Assembly (NCBI GenBank): GCA_949295265.1
Contig: CASFKR010000004.1
Coordinates: forward strand, 1 to 63,096
Source: an uncultured Verrucomicrobiota bacterium
GTDB taxonomy: Bacteria; Verrucomicrobiota; Kiritimatiellia; RFP12; UBA3636
Direction of reading: 5' to 3'
Length of the DNA: 63,096 bases
Below the pieces are notes generated by a model that saw only the letters and a list, made by a program, of their open reading frames with translations, was not told the DNA's origin and did not search any database. Both the position numbers and the translations under genes were made by a program. This document shows, piece after piece, positions 46,678 to 56,482 of the stretch; the first letter of the stretch is position 1, and each line of letters opens with the position of its first letter.

Positions 46678-47871
46678 TCAGGCGGGATCGCCGGTCAGCG
46701 TTTTGAGGACGGCGCAGTTGCCGTCGATGAGGCGGTTGATGGCGGCGACGGAGTCGCGCGATGTGCCTTTGTCCGGCGGCGTGTTGAGGCAGTAGTCGAC
46801 GAGCCGCTCCACGGAACTTTCCGCCACATGCAGACGCGTGTCGGAAGAGGCGTAGTAAATGAGGACGCGCCCCGAAGGCTCGGCAATCCAGCCGTTGCAG
46901 AAGAGCACGTTGGAGGTGTCGCCGACGCGCTCGACGCCGCGCGGCGCCAGGAAATACCCGCCGGGTTCTGCGATGACCCGCGAGGGATCGTCGAGCGCCG
47001 TCAGATAAAGGTACAGGACGTAGCGAAGTCCCGCTGCGGTGCCGCGCACGCCATGCGCGAGGTGCAGCCAGCCCTGCGGCGTGCGGATCGGGGCGGGGCC
47101 TTCGCCGTTTTTGACCTCCGTAATGGTGTGGTACCGGCGGCGGCAGATGATGGTTTGCGCGTCCACGCGGGCGTGCGTGATGTCGTCGATGAGGGCCCAG
47201 CCGATGCCGCCGCCCGAGCCGGCGTCGATAAAGCCGTCCTGCGGGCGCGTGTAGAGCGCGTATTTGCCGTTGACGAATTCCGGGTGCAGGACGACGTTGC
47301 GCTGCTGGCTGGCGCTCACGAGGTCGGGGAGCCGTTCCCACGTGAGAAAATCGCGCGTGCGGCAGATGCCCGCCGTGGCGGTTGCAGCCGAGAGGTCGTC
47401 CGGATGCGCATCATCGTGACGCTCGGCGCAGAAAAAGCCGTAGACCCAGCCGTCCTCATGCGCAACGAGCCGCATGTCGTAGACGTTGGTCGCCGGTTCC
47501 GCCGCTTCCGGAAGGGCGACGGGGCGCTCCCAGAAGCGGAAGCCGTCCACGCCGTTGGGCGATTCCGCCATCGCAAAGTACGACTTGCGGTCCATCCCCT
47601 CCACACGGACGCAAAGCAGATACCGCCCTTCGTGCAGAATGGCGCCCGCATTGAAAACGGAGTTGGCGCCGATGCGCGCGAGCAGGAGCGGATTGCTGTC
47701 TTCGCGCAAATCGTAGCGCCACGCGACGGGTACGTGCGCAGCCGTCAGCACGGGGTGGTGATATCGTCGGTACAGCCCGTCGGTCCAGGCTTCCGGCAGA
47801 TTGGGGCGGGAAAGGAGATGCTCCTGCTCGGTGAGGAGCGATTGGACGCGGTCGCGAAAGGCAGTCGTCAT
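46678..47871 (-). CDS. GH130 4-O-beta-D-mannosyl-D-glucose phosphorylase-type enzyme
   Basis: Near-colinear with the remembered Bacteroides MGP sequence: YHHPVLTAAHVPVAWRYDL, NVYDMRLVAHEDGW, QQRNVVLHPEFVNGKYALYTRPQDGFIDAGSGGGIGWALIDDITHA, GLRYVLYLYLTALDDP, YYASSDTRLHVA. ATG at 47871. Confidence 0.9.
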   Translation of the reverse strand: MTTAFRDRVQSLLTEQEHLLSRPNLPEAWTDGLYRRYHHPVLTAAHVPVAWRYDLREDSNPLLLARIGANSVFNAGAILHEGRYLLCVRVEGMDRKSYFAMAESPNGVDGFRFWERPVALPEAAEPATNVYDMRLVAHEDGWVYGFFCAERHDDAHPDDLSAATATAGICRTRDFLTWERLPDLVSASQQRNVVLHPEFVNGKYALYTRPQDGFIDAGSGGGIGWALIDDITHARVDAQTIICRRRYHTITEVKNGEGPAPIRTPQGWLHLAHGVRGTAAGLRYVLYLYLTALDDPSRVIAEPGGYFLAPRGVERVGDTSNVLFCNGWIAEPSGRVLIYYASSDTRLHVAESSVERLVDYCLNTPPDKGTSRDSVAAINRLIDGNCAVLKTLTGDPA

Positions 47872-48150
47872 GGTCGGGTCCGGGAAAAGAGGAAGACAGA
47901 GAAAAAATGAAAATGAATTCTTGAGGCTTCTGCTTTGCGTTAATTGTACTTGAAACAATGAACGGGTGCGAGAAAAATCGTAACGAAAAAATCGTATTTT
48001 TCCAGATTTTCATTCCATTTTTGTGCGGAAGGAGAAAATTTTCCGCTTTTCGGAAGAAATTTTTGAGAAAACCGATTTTCCGCTTGCCTTTTATCCGGGA
48101 ATCGTGTAGTCTTGAAACCCGCTTTTACAAACCATTTGGAGAATCACCTC

Positions 48151-48264
48151 ATGAAGGTGCGCAGTTCAGTCAAAAGATTGTGCGAGCGGTGCAAAATCGT
48201 TCGCCGGAAGGGCATCGTGCATGTGATTTGCACGAATCCCCGTCATAAACAAAAGCAAGGGTAA
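48151..48264 (+). CDS. rpmJ: 50S ribosomal protein L36
   Basis: Too short for the ORF track. Hand translation gives [37 protein letters not shown], preceded by GGAGAA. Confidence 0.9.
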   Translation: MKVRSSVKRLCERCKIVRRKGIVHVICTNPRHKQKQG

Positions 48265-48275
48265 GGAGACCGGAT

Positions 48276-48686
48276 ATGCCGAGACTCATGGGCATTGACA
48301 TTCCCGACAACAAGCGAATTGATATTTCGCTTCGGTACATTTACGGCATTGGGCCGGCCCGGGCGAAAGCGATTCTGGAGCAGACGAAGATCGATCCTGC
48401 GAAGCGTGCAAAGACGCTGACGGCGGACGAGATTCGCGCCATCATCGCGGTCATTCAGGCGAATTGGCATGTGGAAGGCGACCTCCGCCGCGAGGTTTCG
48501 CAGAACATCCGCCGCCTGATCAGCATCGGAAGCTACCGTGGTGCGCGCCACCGCAAGGGGCTGCCGTGCCGTGGTCAGCGCACCCGTACGAATGCACGCA
48601 CCCGCAAGGGCGGCAAGCGCACGGTCGGCGCGATTCGTGACAAGGAACAGCGCACGGCGATGAAGGCCGCGCAAGCCGGCAAGTAA
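48276..48686 (+). CDS. rpsM: 30S ribosomal protein S13
   Basis: [34 protein letters not shown]... with AAGGAG upstream. Confidence 0.95.
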   Translation: MPRLMGIDIPDNKRIDISLRYIYGIGPARAKAILEQTKIDPAKRAKTLTADEIRAIIAVIQANWHVEGDLRREVSQNIRRLISIGSYRGARHRKGLPCRGQRTRTNARTRKGGKRTVGAIRDKEQRTAMKAAQAGK

Positions 48687-48713
48687 CCGCCTCAGCTACG
48701 AAGGACAAGAATT

Positions 48714-49202
48714 ATGGCAGAAGAAAACAAGGCTCCGGCCGAAGGGGCCAAGCCCGCCGCCAATGAACCCTCGGAGGCGATGAAGATCGTCATGGGCGAT
48801 GTGCTCGCGCAGCAGGCACCCGTCGCGGATGACGACAAGAAGCGCCGCGGCCGTTCGATTCCGGCCGGTGTCGCGCACATCACGGCCTCGTTCAACAACA
48901 CGCAGTGCTGCATCACGGATGCCCGCGGCAACGTGATCGCCTGGAGCTCCGCCGGCAAGGCCGGTTTCAAGGGCTCGCGCAAGTCCACCGCTTTCGCGGG
49001 GACGCTCGTCGCGCAGGAATGCGCGAAGATCGCGCTGGGCAAGGGGATGCACGAAGTCGAAATTCTGGTGCAGGGTGCCGGCGCCGGCCGCGAGAGCGCG
49101 GTGCGCGCCATCGCCTCTTCCGGAATGGCTGTCTCGGTCATCAAGGACATCACTCCGATGCCCCACAACGGCTGCCGTCAACGCAAGAGAAGGAAGGTCT
49201 AA
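48714..49202 (+). CDS. rpsK: 30S ribosomal protein S11 (with about 30-aa N-terminal extension)
   Basis: ...IPAGVAHITASFNNTQCCITDARGNVIAWSSAG...PHNGCRQRKRRKV. Confidence 0.95.
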   Translation: MAEENKAPAEGAKPAANEPSEAMKIVMGDVLAQQAPVADDDKKRRGRSIPAGVAHITASFNNTQCCITDARGNVIAWSSAGKAGFKGSRKSTAFAGTLVAQECAKIALGKGMHEVEILVQGAGAGRESAVRAIASSGMAVSVIKDITPMPHNGCRQRKRRKV

Positions 49203-49205
49203 TCC

Positions 49206-49811
49206 ATGGCTCGTTATACCGGTCCGAAGACGAAGATTTCCCGTCGCTTCGGCGAACCCATTTACGGTCCCGACAAAGTGCTCGCCAAACGGTCGAATCC
49301 GCCGGGGCAGCACGGTCCCAAGCGTCGCAAAAAGGCGACCGATTACGGCAACCAGCTGCGTGAAAAGCAGAAGGCCAAGTACATCTACGGGATGCTCGAG
49401 CGCCAGTTCCACATTTTCTACGAGCGTTGCCTCGCCAAGCGCGGCAATACGGGTGACCTCCTGCTCCAGATGTGCGAGAGCCGCCTCGACAATGTGGTCT
49501 ACCGCCTGGGCCTCGCACCCACGCGCCCCGCAGCCCGTCAGCTTGTTTCCCACCGCCACATCGAGGTGGACGGCAAGGTTGTCAACGTGCCTTCGTACAT
49601 CGTGAAGCCCGGCCAGAAGGTCGGCGTTCGCGAGCGCGATCGCAACATGGACGCTATCGTTGAGTCTCTCAAGCACCCGCGCGAGAAGGCCTACGACTGG
49701 CTCGAGTTTGATGATTCGACGAAGACCGGCACGTTTACGCGCGCTCCGGAGCCCACCGAGGTTCCCGAGACCGTGAACATGCAGACGATCGTCGAACTCT
49801 ACTCCCGCTAG
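49206..49811 (+). CDS. rpsD: 30S ribosomal protein S4
   Basis: MARYTGPKTKISRRFGEPI...; S4 domain ...RLDNVVYRLGLAPTRPAARQLVSHRHIEVDGKVVN. Confidence 0.95.
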   Translation: MARYTGPKTKISRRFGEPIYGPDKVLAKRSNPPGQHGPKRRKKATDYGNQLREKQKAKYIYGMLERQFHIFYERCLAKRGNTGDLLLQMCESRLDNVVYRLGLAPTRPAARQLVSHRHIEVDGKVVNVPSYIVKPGQKVGVRERDRNMDAIVESLKHPREKAYDWLEFDDSTKTGTFTRAPEPTEVPETVNMQTIVELYSR

Positions 49812-49916
49812 CGTTGCGCCGCCTGACAGGCGGCCAACGGTTCAACAAGGCCAACAATCCCCCGGCGGGTCCCGGCACAGACGCCCGGCCTGCCGTGCGG
49901 AAAGGATGAAGAGACT

Positions 49917-50957
49917 ATGCCTATTCGACTCAATGATTTCCAGATGCCGCAAGGCGTCAAGAAGGACGAGGCAACCGCTACTTCCCGTTTCGGACGCTAC
50001 ACGGCGGAACCTTTCGAAATCGGCTATGCCCGTACGATCGGCAATTCGCTGCGTCGGGTTTTGCTCTCCTCGATTGAGGGGTGCGCGATTTCCTCGGTCA
50101 AAATCGAGGGTGCGCCCCACGAGTTCTGCTCCCTTCCGGGTGTCAAGGAAGATGTCACCGACATCGTTCTTTCGCTCAAGAAGGTGCTGGTGAAGAGCTA
50201 TGCGGCTGAGCCGCAGGTCATCACCGTTCAGCGCAAGGGCCCGTGCGTCGTCACGGCGGGCGATCTTGCGGAGGAATGCGGGAACATCGAGGTCCTCAAC
50301 CCCGAGCATCCGATTGCCACGGTCAACGAGGAAGGCACCTTCCAGATGGAGGTGAAAATCACCAAGGGCCGCGGCTTCTGCCCCGCCACCTGGGATACCG
50401 ATCCGAATGCGCCGGAAAACGCCGACAACCGCCCCAAACAGCAGGAAATCGGCGTCATTCCCATCGACCGGATTTACTCGCCGGTGACCCGCGTCAACTT
50501 CGAGGTTTCCAACACGCGCGTCGGTCAGAAGACGGACTACGAGCGCCTCGTGATCGAAATTTCGACGGACGGCCGCGTGGAACCGGATGAGGCGCTGCTC
50601 CATGCGACGGATATCCTCCGGCACCATCTCGACGTGTTCATCAATTTCAACAAGTCGATCATCGAGGAAATCAAGCCGATTCCCGAAGTGATTGTGGAAG
50701 ATACGGACGAGCTCCGCCGCAAGTTGGCGATGAGCGTCAACGAGATTGAACTCTCCGTCCGTTCGGCCAACTGCCTCAACAACGCGAAGATTACAACGGT
50801 CGGTCAGCTCTGCACCCGCACGGTTGCGGATATGCTCAAGTTCCGCAACTTCGGCAAGAAGTCCCTCAACGAAATCGAGCAGAAACTCCACGAGATGGGG
50901 CTTGCGCTCGGGATGAAGCTGGATCCCTCGCTGCTGCCGCCGCAAGATCACGAATAA
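49917..50957 (+). CDS. rpoA: DNA-directed RNA polymerase subunit alpha
   Basis: 346 aa. ...FEIGYARTIGNSLRRVLLSSIEG..., and a C-terminal domain ...ELSVRSANCLNNAKITTVGQL. Confidence 0.95.
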   Translation: MPIRLNDFQMPQGVKKDEATATSRFGRYTAEPFEIGYARTIGNSLRRVLLSSIEGCAISSVKIEGAPHEFCSLPGVKEDVTDIVLSLKKVLVKSYAAEPQVITVQRKGPCVVTAGDLAEECGNIEVLNPEHPIATVNEEGTFQMEVKITKGRGFCPATWDTDPNAPENADNRPKQQEIGVIPIDRIYSPVTRVNFEVSNTRVGQKTDYERLVIEISTDGRVEPDEALLHATDILRHHLDVFINFNKSIIEEIKPIPEVIVEDTDELRRKLAMSVNEIELSVRSANCLNNAKITTVGQLCTRTVADMLKFRNFGKKSLNEIEQKLHEMGLALGMKLDPSLLPPQDHE

Positions 50958-50981
50958 CGTATTTCAGGAAAAAGGTTTTCC

Positions 50982-51371
50982 ATGCGCCACAGAAAGAATA
51001 ACGTCAAGTTCGGCCGTTCCTCGTCGCATCGCGAGGCGCTGATCGAGATGCTCGTCATCGGCCTCATCAAGGCCAAATCGATCCGCACCTCCGCGCGCAA
51101 GGCGAAGGTGGCCCGCCAGCTCGCTGAAAAGCTGGTGACGGTTGCCCGCAAGGGTGACGTGAACGCCCGCCGCCGTGCCATGGCGGTCCTCAACGACGAG
51201 GCGGCCGTCCGTGAGCTCTTCACGACGATCGTCCCGATGCAGGAGGGTCGTCAAGGCGGTTACACCCGTATCGTCAAGGTCGGTCAGCGTCCTTCCGACG
51301 GATGCGAGATGGCTGTCCTGAGCTGGGTCAATGAGCCCGTTGCCGCCAAGCCGGAAACGCCCGCCAACTAA
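50982..51371 (+). CDS. rplQ: 50S ribosomal protein L17
   Basis: MRHRKNNVKFGRSSSHREALIEMLV...GGYTRIVKVGQRPSDG. Confidence 0.95.
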   Translation: MRHRKNNVKFGRSSSHREALIEMLVIGLIKAKSIRTSARKAKVARQLAEKLVTVARKGDVNARRRAMAVLNDEAAVRELFTTIVPMQEGRQGGYTRIVKVGQRPSDGCEMAVLSWVNEPVAAKPETPAN

Positions 51372-51383
51372 GGAGAGAACACC

Positions 51384-51623
51384 ATGTCGCTGCAGTCCCA
51401 CGATCACGTCGAGCGCGTCAAGCACGTTCGCCGTCCCAAGAAGACACCGGCTGAGCGCGCCCGTCGCCAGAAGGTTCAGAAGAAGCGCCTGATTGCTTTG
51501 GGCGTTCCTCAGGAGGAGGCGAACCGCCTTTCTCCCCTCGAGATCCGCACGAAGCTCCTTCGCCCCAAGAAGGTCGTTCAGGAGCTGGCGAAGCGCGCCG
51601 CCAAGGCCGCTTCCGCTCAGTAA
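51384..51623 (+). CDS. Small, very basic hypothetical protein (79 aa) at the end of the alpha operon
   Basis: ATG lies 12 nt after the rplQ stop and is preceded by TAAGGAGAG. Lys/Arg-rich. No family recognised. Confidence 0.55.
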   Translation: MSLQSHDHVERVKHVRRPKKTPAERARRQKVQKKRLIALGVPQEEANRLSPLEIRTKLLRPKKVVQELAKRAAKAASAQ

Positions 51624-51654
51624 GCCCCCCAGGGCTTGTGTTTCCGCGTTGTCC

Positions 51655-52449
51655 ATGCAGTCGGAAACCACAGTACTCAGTCACGAGCCGTTGCAGGCGG
51701 GTTACCGCCTGTTGCGGCTCGTTTCTCCTTCCATCGCCGCCGCGGCACGGCCCGGTCAGTTCGTGCATGTGCGCGTGCCCGGGCTCGATGCCGGTGCGCT
51801 GCGCCGCCCCTTTTCGCTCTGCGACGTCGCCCCGGAAACGGGCGTCCTGACCATTCTCTACAAGGAGGTCGGGCGGGGCACTGCGGCCATGCGCACCATC
51901 CGCGCCGGGGATGCGGTGGATGTGCTCGGACCCCTCGGGAAGGGGTTCCCGCCGCCCGCCGAAGGCGTGTTGCCGCTCCTCATCGGGGGCGGTTTCGGCG
52001 TCGCGCCGCTCTATTATCTCGCCCGGACGCTCGGGCGGCCGTGCCATCTCTTTTGCGGCGGGCGCACCGCGCAGGATATTCTGCTCACGGACTGGTTTGC
52101 GCAGCTGGGCTTTTGCGAGGTGCATCCGGCAACGGACGACGGTTCGCTCGGTGTGCGCGGGCTCGTCACGGCGCCCCTCGATGCCTGGCGCGCCGCCCAT
52201 CCGGAAACGCGCGTTGCGCTCTACGCCTGCGGTCCCGCGCCCATGCTGCGCGCTGTCGATGAGCGTGCGCTCGCCTGGGGTATGCCCGGGTATCTGTCGT
52301 TCGACCGGCGGATGGCCTGCGGCATCGGCGCCTGCCTGGGCTGCACGCAGAAAATCCGCGCGGGCGAGGCGACGGCCATTGCCCGCGTGTGCGCCGACGG
52401 TCCCGTTTTCAAGGCCGGCATGATTGTCTGGGAGGAGGCGCAGCAATGA
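51655..52449 (+). CDS. pyrK: Dihydroorotate dehydrogenase (class 1B) electron-transfer subunit
   Basis: RRPFSLCD (FAD motif), LIGGGFGVAPL (NAD), and a C-terminal MACGIGACLGC...CADGPVF 2Fe-2S cluster. ATG at 51655. ATGA overlap with pyrD. Confidence 0.85.
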   Translation: MQSETTVLSHEPLQAGYRLLRLVSPSIAAAARPGQFVHVRVPGLDAGALRRPFSLCDVAPETGVLTILYKEVGRGTAAMRTIRAGDAVDVLGPLGKGFPPPAEGVLPLLIGGGFGVAPLYYLARTLGRPCHLFCGGRTAQDILLTDWFAQLGFCEVHPATDDGSLGVRGLVTAPLDAWRAAHPETRVALYACGPAPMLRAVDERALAWGMPGYLSFDRRMACGIGACLGCTQKIRAGEATAIARVCADGPVFKAGMIVWEEAQQ

Positions 52450-53378
52450 GCGATACCCCGACGGCGCCTTTCGAGCCGGATCTTTCCGTTTGTCTCGGCG
52501 GTTTACGGATGAAGAATCCGGTGACGACCGCCTCCGGCACGTTCGGCTTCGGCAAGGAATATGCCGAATATATCGATGTCTCGCGCCTCGGCGCCATCAC
52601 CTGCAAGGGTATCTGCCTGGAGGCATGCGCGGGCAATGCGCAGCCGCGCATCGCGGAGGTGCGCGCCGGGATGCTCAACGCCATCGGTCTTCAGGGTCCC
52701 GGCGTCAAGGGTTTCCTGCGGCAGGCGCCGCCGTTTTTGCGGAAGGTCGGCGTGCCCGCCATCGTCAATATCTGGGGCAGGACCGTCGAGGAATATGCGG
52801 AGGTCGCGCGGCTTCTTTCCGATACCCCGGAGATTTCCGCGCTCGAGATGAACGTCTCCTGCCCCAACGTGAAGAAGGGCGGGGCTTCGTTCGGGCACGA
52901 TCCGCATGTGCTCGAGACGGTCGTCGGCGCCGTGCGCGCCGCAACGCGTCTTCCCCTGTTTGTGAAGCTCGCGCCCAACGTGCCCGACATCACGGTCTTC
53001 GCCCGCGTGGCGGAGGCGGCCGGAGCGGACGGTCTTTCGATTTCCAATACGCTCCCCGCCATGGCCGTCGATATTGAGCGGCGGCGCCCCGTGCTCGCCA
53101 ATGTCCAGGGCGGGCTGTCCGGTCCCGCTCTGCATCCCGTCGCGGTGCGCCTCGTCTGGCAGGCTTCGGCCGCCGTGCGCATTCCCGTCATCGGCATGGG
53201 CGGCATCGTGGAGCCGGAGGATGCCATCGAGTTTCTTTGCGCGGGCGCTTCGGCTGTGGCCGTCGGCACCGCCAATTTTGTCGATCCGCAGACGCCGCTG
53301 CGCGTCATCGACGGCATTCGCGCCTACATGGTGCGCCATCAGTTGCGGACCGTTTCCGAGATCGCGATTCCGCACTGA
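52446..53378 (+). CDS. pyrD: Dihydroorotate dehydrogenase (class 1B) catalytic subunit
   Basis: LRMKNPVTTASGTFGFG, LEMNVSCPNVKKGG, SISNT, GGLSGPALHPVA, GMGGI motifs. Confidence 0.9.
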   Translation: MSDTPTAPFEPDLSVCLGGLRMKNPVTTASGTFGFGKEYAEYIDVSRLGAITCKGICLEACAGNAQPRIAEVRAGMLNAIGLQGPGVKGFLRQAPPFLRKVGVPAIVNIWGRTVEEYAEVARLLSDTPEISALEMNVSCPNVKKGGASFGHDPHVLETVVGAVRAATRLPLFVKLAPNVPDITVFARVAEAAGADGLSISNTLPAMAVDIERRRPVLANVQGGLSGPALHPVAVRLVWQASAAVRIPVIGMGGIVEPEDAIEFLCAGASAVAVGTANFVDPQTPLRVIDGIRAYMVRHQLRTVSEIAIPH

Positions 53379-53404
53379 CCGCGGCGCGGTTGCGCCTGTT
53401 GCTG

Positions 53405-54142
53405 TCAGTCGCGGGCAAAGCTCAGGCACAGGATGCGCGCGGCACCCGCCTGCCGCAGCGCCTGTGCGCACGCCTGGAAGGTGGCTCCCGTCGTCATGAC
53501 GTCGTCCACCACCAGCAGCGTGCGCCCGTAGACGCAGGGCCGCGCGCGGTCCGGCACGCGAAAGGCGTTGCGCACATTCTCAAGGCGCCGCGCTTTGTTC
53601 ATCCGCGTCTGCGTCGGCGTGGCACGGGTGCGGCAGAGAAGGGAGCGCGCGACGGGCGCGCCCAGCATCGGGGAGAGCGCCCGCGCGAGGAGTTCCGACT
53701 GGTTGTAGGTGCGCGCGAGTCGCTTCTCCGGATGGAGCGGCACCGGCACAATCCAGTCGGGTGTCAGCGTCCCGAAATGCGCGACCCACGCACCGTGCAT
53801 ACAGGTGGCCAGCGGGCGCGCCAGCCACGAGGCGCGCCGGTATTTGAAGTGGTGGACGAGGATGCGGACGCTCCCGCGGAACGCCGCGGCGGAGCGCGCG
53901 GCGTCGAATGCCGGCGGATGCGCCTGACACGCCGGGCAGACCGGATCGGCGGTGCCGGACGCTTCTTCGCGTTCCACGGCAATGGAGCCGCAAATCGCGC
54001 AGCATCCGGTTGCCGGGTGCAGCGGAAGCGCCGCCAGGCAGTCCGCGCACACGCCTTTTACGCCGCGAACGCCGCAAACCACGCAGCTCGTCGGATAGAG
54101 CTGCTCCAGCGCGGTGGCAAGGGCGTGGCACGGGCGTGGCAT
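53405..54142 (-). CDS. comF: ComF-family phosphoribosyltransferase-like protein
   Basis: N-terminal Cys-rich zinc ribbon (CVVCG...CADC...CAICG...CPAC) and a C-terminal PRT motif LLVVDDVMTTGAT. ATG at 54142. Confidence 0.8.
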   Translation of the reverse strand: MPRPCHALATALEQLYPTSCVVCGVRGVKGVCADCLAALPLHPATGCCAICGSIAVEREEASGTADPVCPACQAHPPAFDAARSAAAFRGSVRILVHHFKYRRASWLARPLATCMHGAWVAHFGTLTPDWIVPVPLHPEKRLARTYNQSELLARALSPMLGAPVARSLLCRTRATPTQTRMNKARRLENVRNAFRVPDRARPCVYGRTLLVVDDVMTTGATFQACAQALRQAGAARILCLSFARD

Positions 54143-54170
54143 CGCGAACCTCCTGGGGACGGCGGCGGCG

Positions 54171-55502
54171 CTAGCTGCGCAGCGCCTTGTCGAGCAGTGC
54201 CTCAATGGCGTCCGCCGTGCGCTCCAGGGCGCCGCGCGAGGCGGAAACGGTGCGTCCGGCACGGACGCCGAGCTCGACGCGGTCCGACGGTTTGTCGAGC
54301 AGCGAGCGGACGGCGGTCTCCAGTGCGCGCGGAGAATCCACCTCCAAGATACCTTCTGCCTGCCGGAAGGTCTCCATGACCGCCTTGAAATTCTCGGTGT
54401 GCGGACCGCACAGCACGGCTTTGCCGAAGGAGGCGGGTTCAATCATGTTCTGGCCGCCCTCGTTCGGCGGGAGCGATTTGCCGACAAAGACGATGTCCGC
54501 CTGCGAGTAGAGCGCGAAGAGTTCCCCGGTGGTGTCCACCAGCAGAATGGGCGGCAACTGGCGCCCGCACGTTCCCGGTTCCGGGGCGGTGGCGGACTGC
54601 GAACTGCGCAGCACGGGATAGCCCGCTTCGCGCAGCTCCGCTGCCACGTCCCTGCCACGTTCGAAATGGCGCGGCACGAGCACGAGGCGCGTTTCCGGAT
54701 GCTTTTCAAAGACCTGCTTCCAGGCCGCGGCCAGTGCCGTCTCTTCGCCGGGCCAGGTAGAGCCGCCCAGCAGGATGGTATGCTTGCCCGGCTGAATCCC
54801 GGCGATGGCCAGGGTTTCGATGGCGTGCGCCACCTTTTCCGCGGGCGGGGGCGCAATGTCGAATTTGACGGAGCCCGTGAGGTGGATGATTTCCGCAGGG
54901 GCGCCGGCGGCAAGAAGGCGGTCGCGGTCGAGCCCCGATTGCACGAGGAGCGTGTCAAAGCACGAGAGTACCGGACCGAAGAAGGCGCGCAGCCGGCGAT
55001 AGCCGGGTGCCGAGTGGTCGGAGACGCGCCCGTTGGCCAGGAGCAGCGGGATGCCTTTCGCACGGACCATCCGGATCAGGTTGGGCCAAAGTTCCGTTTC
55101 CGTGAGAACCATCGCGGAGATCCTGGCCGTGCGGAGCATCCGGCGCACGCACCGCGGGAAGTCGACCGGCAGATAGACGAGGACGTCGTCCGGACCGACG
55201 ATTTTCTCGCAGACGGCGTGCCCGGTCGAGGAGGTGGTGGAGAGAATGCAGGAGAAGGCCGGGTTGCGGCGGCGCAGCTCTTTGATGATCTGCCCGGCCA
55301 GATTGGCTTCGCCGACCGAGACGGCGTGAACCCAGACGCGCGGCTTTTCGGCAAGGCGGCGCGCGGTCTCCGCATCATACCGCCCGAAGCGCTCCTGAAA
55401 ATGAGCACGGTAGCCGCCGCGTTTTTTCATGCGCAGATAAAACTTCGGCAGGAGGGCGATGTACGCAATCGAAAAGAGAAAATTATAGAGAATCCAGCGC
55501 AT
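54171..55502 (-). CDS. waaA: 3-deoxy-D-manno-octulosonic acid (Kdo) transferase
   Basis: MRWILYNFLFSIAYIALLP..., VWVHAVSVGEANLA (the WaaA signature HxxSVGE), and a C-terminal GT-B half ...GGQNMIEPA. Confidence 0.85.
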   Translation of the reverse strand: MRWILYNFLFSIAYIALLPKFYLRMKKRGGYRAHFQERFGRYDAETARRLAEKPRVWVHAVSVGEANLAGQIIKELRRRNPAFSCILSTTSSTGHAVCEKIVGPDDVLVYLPVDFPRCVRRMLRTARISAMVLTETELWPNLIRMVRAKGIPLLLANGRVSDHSAPGYRRLRAFFGPVLSCFDTLLVQSGLDRDRLLAAGAPAEIIHLTGSVKFDIAPPPAEKVAHAIETLAIAGIQPGKHTILLGGSTWPGEETALAAAWKQVFEKHPETRLVLVPRHFERGRDVAAELREAGYPVLRSSQSATAPEPGTCGRQLPPILLVDTTGELFALYSQADIVFVGKSLPPNEGGQNMIEPASFGKAVLCGPHTENFKAVMETFRQAEGILEVDSPRALETAVRSLLDKPSDRVELGVRAGRTVSASRGALERTADAIEALLDKALRS

Positions 55503-55585
55503 GGCAGGATAGCGGCGCGGGGCGGTTCCGGGCGCAGAGAAGAAACTCCCGGAACGGTGACCCTGAACCGCAGAACAGGGGTGAA

Positions 55586-56482
55586 TCAGGAAGGCACGGC
55601 ACCGGGGATGCAATCGGGAAGGGCGAGGACGGGATAGCCGTCCGGCCCCATCTGCTCAAAGGAGTAGACGCGATTGGCGGCGCGGTCGTGCCAGACGTAG
55701 GCATCACCGTTTTTCCAACGGCGTGCCATGAAACGGTCGCTATGGTGTTCGCGGGGGGCCGAATACCGCATGCGGCGTCCCTCCCACCCGGAAACCGTGC
55801 AGGGTTCGGAGGAAATCCAGTCGATGCCGTTGCCGCGGACGGCCCAGCGGTAAAAGGTTTCGAGGGACTGGGTGGCGAGGTGCAGATCGGCAAGCCCCCA
55901 ACGCCGGAAGGTGATGCGCGCCTTGGATTTGTCACCTTCGAACGCCATCATAGTGCGCGCCGGGAAGGTGGCGATATCCTCGATGCGGTATTCGCGCGGC
56001 AGGATGGCGTGGATGCCGAAGAGGCGATACTCGCATACCGCCGGGTCGTCGTTGAAATCGCACGAGCGCAAAATGGGCTCCACAATGCGCTTGCGGTTTT
56101 CCGGCGCGGTGAGTCCTTCAAACACCCAGCGGACGAGGCGGTTGCCCGCGCGGTCATACGCGAGCGCCTGCAGCGGCAGGTTCAGATCGAGCCAGCCCAT
56201 CACGAAGGCGCCGGCCTCCGCCGTGTGCACGTCGTTGACGCGCAGGTTGCGCTCGCGGGCCGCCTGTTTGCCCAGCACATTGTTCGCCAGGAAAACGGTC
56301 ATCGTCGTGAGCCGATCGGGTTCCCGTTCGCAGGGTTCCCAGCTGACGGTTGCCTGCAACCCGCGGCGATTCGCAAATTCGAGGCGCCCGACGCGGTCCT
56401 CCATACTGAAGCGCGAAACCTCCCAGTCGGCGGGAACGACGCCGCGGAGGTGATGCCACGCAAATGGAGAACCTTGAGCCAT
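55586..56482 (-). CDS. Hypothetical protein (298 aa)
   Basis: Protein-like composition and a clean intergenic fit between waaA and the fab promoter region. No motif recognised. Confidence 0.55.
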   Translation of the reverse strand: MAQGSPFAWHHLRGVVPADWEVSRFSMEDRVGRLEFANRRGLQATVSWEPCEREPDRLTTMTVFLANNVLGKQAARERNLRVNDVHTAEAGAFVMGWLDLNLPLQALAYDRAGNRLVRWVFEGLTAPENRKRIVEPILRSCDFNDDPAVCEYRLFGIHAILPREYRIEDIATFPARTMMAFEGDKSKARITFRRWGLADLHLATQSLETFYRWAVRGNGIDWISSEPCTVSGWEGRRMRYSAPREHHSDRFMARRWKNGDAYVWHDRAANRVYSFEQMGPDGYPVLALPDCIPGAVPS

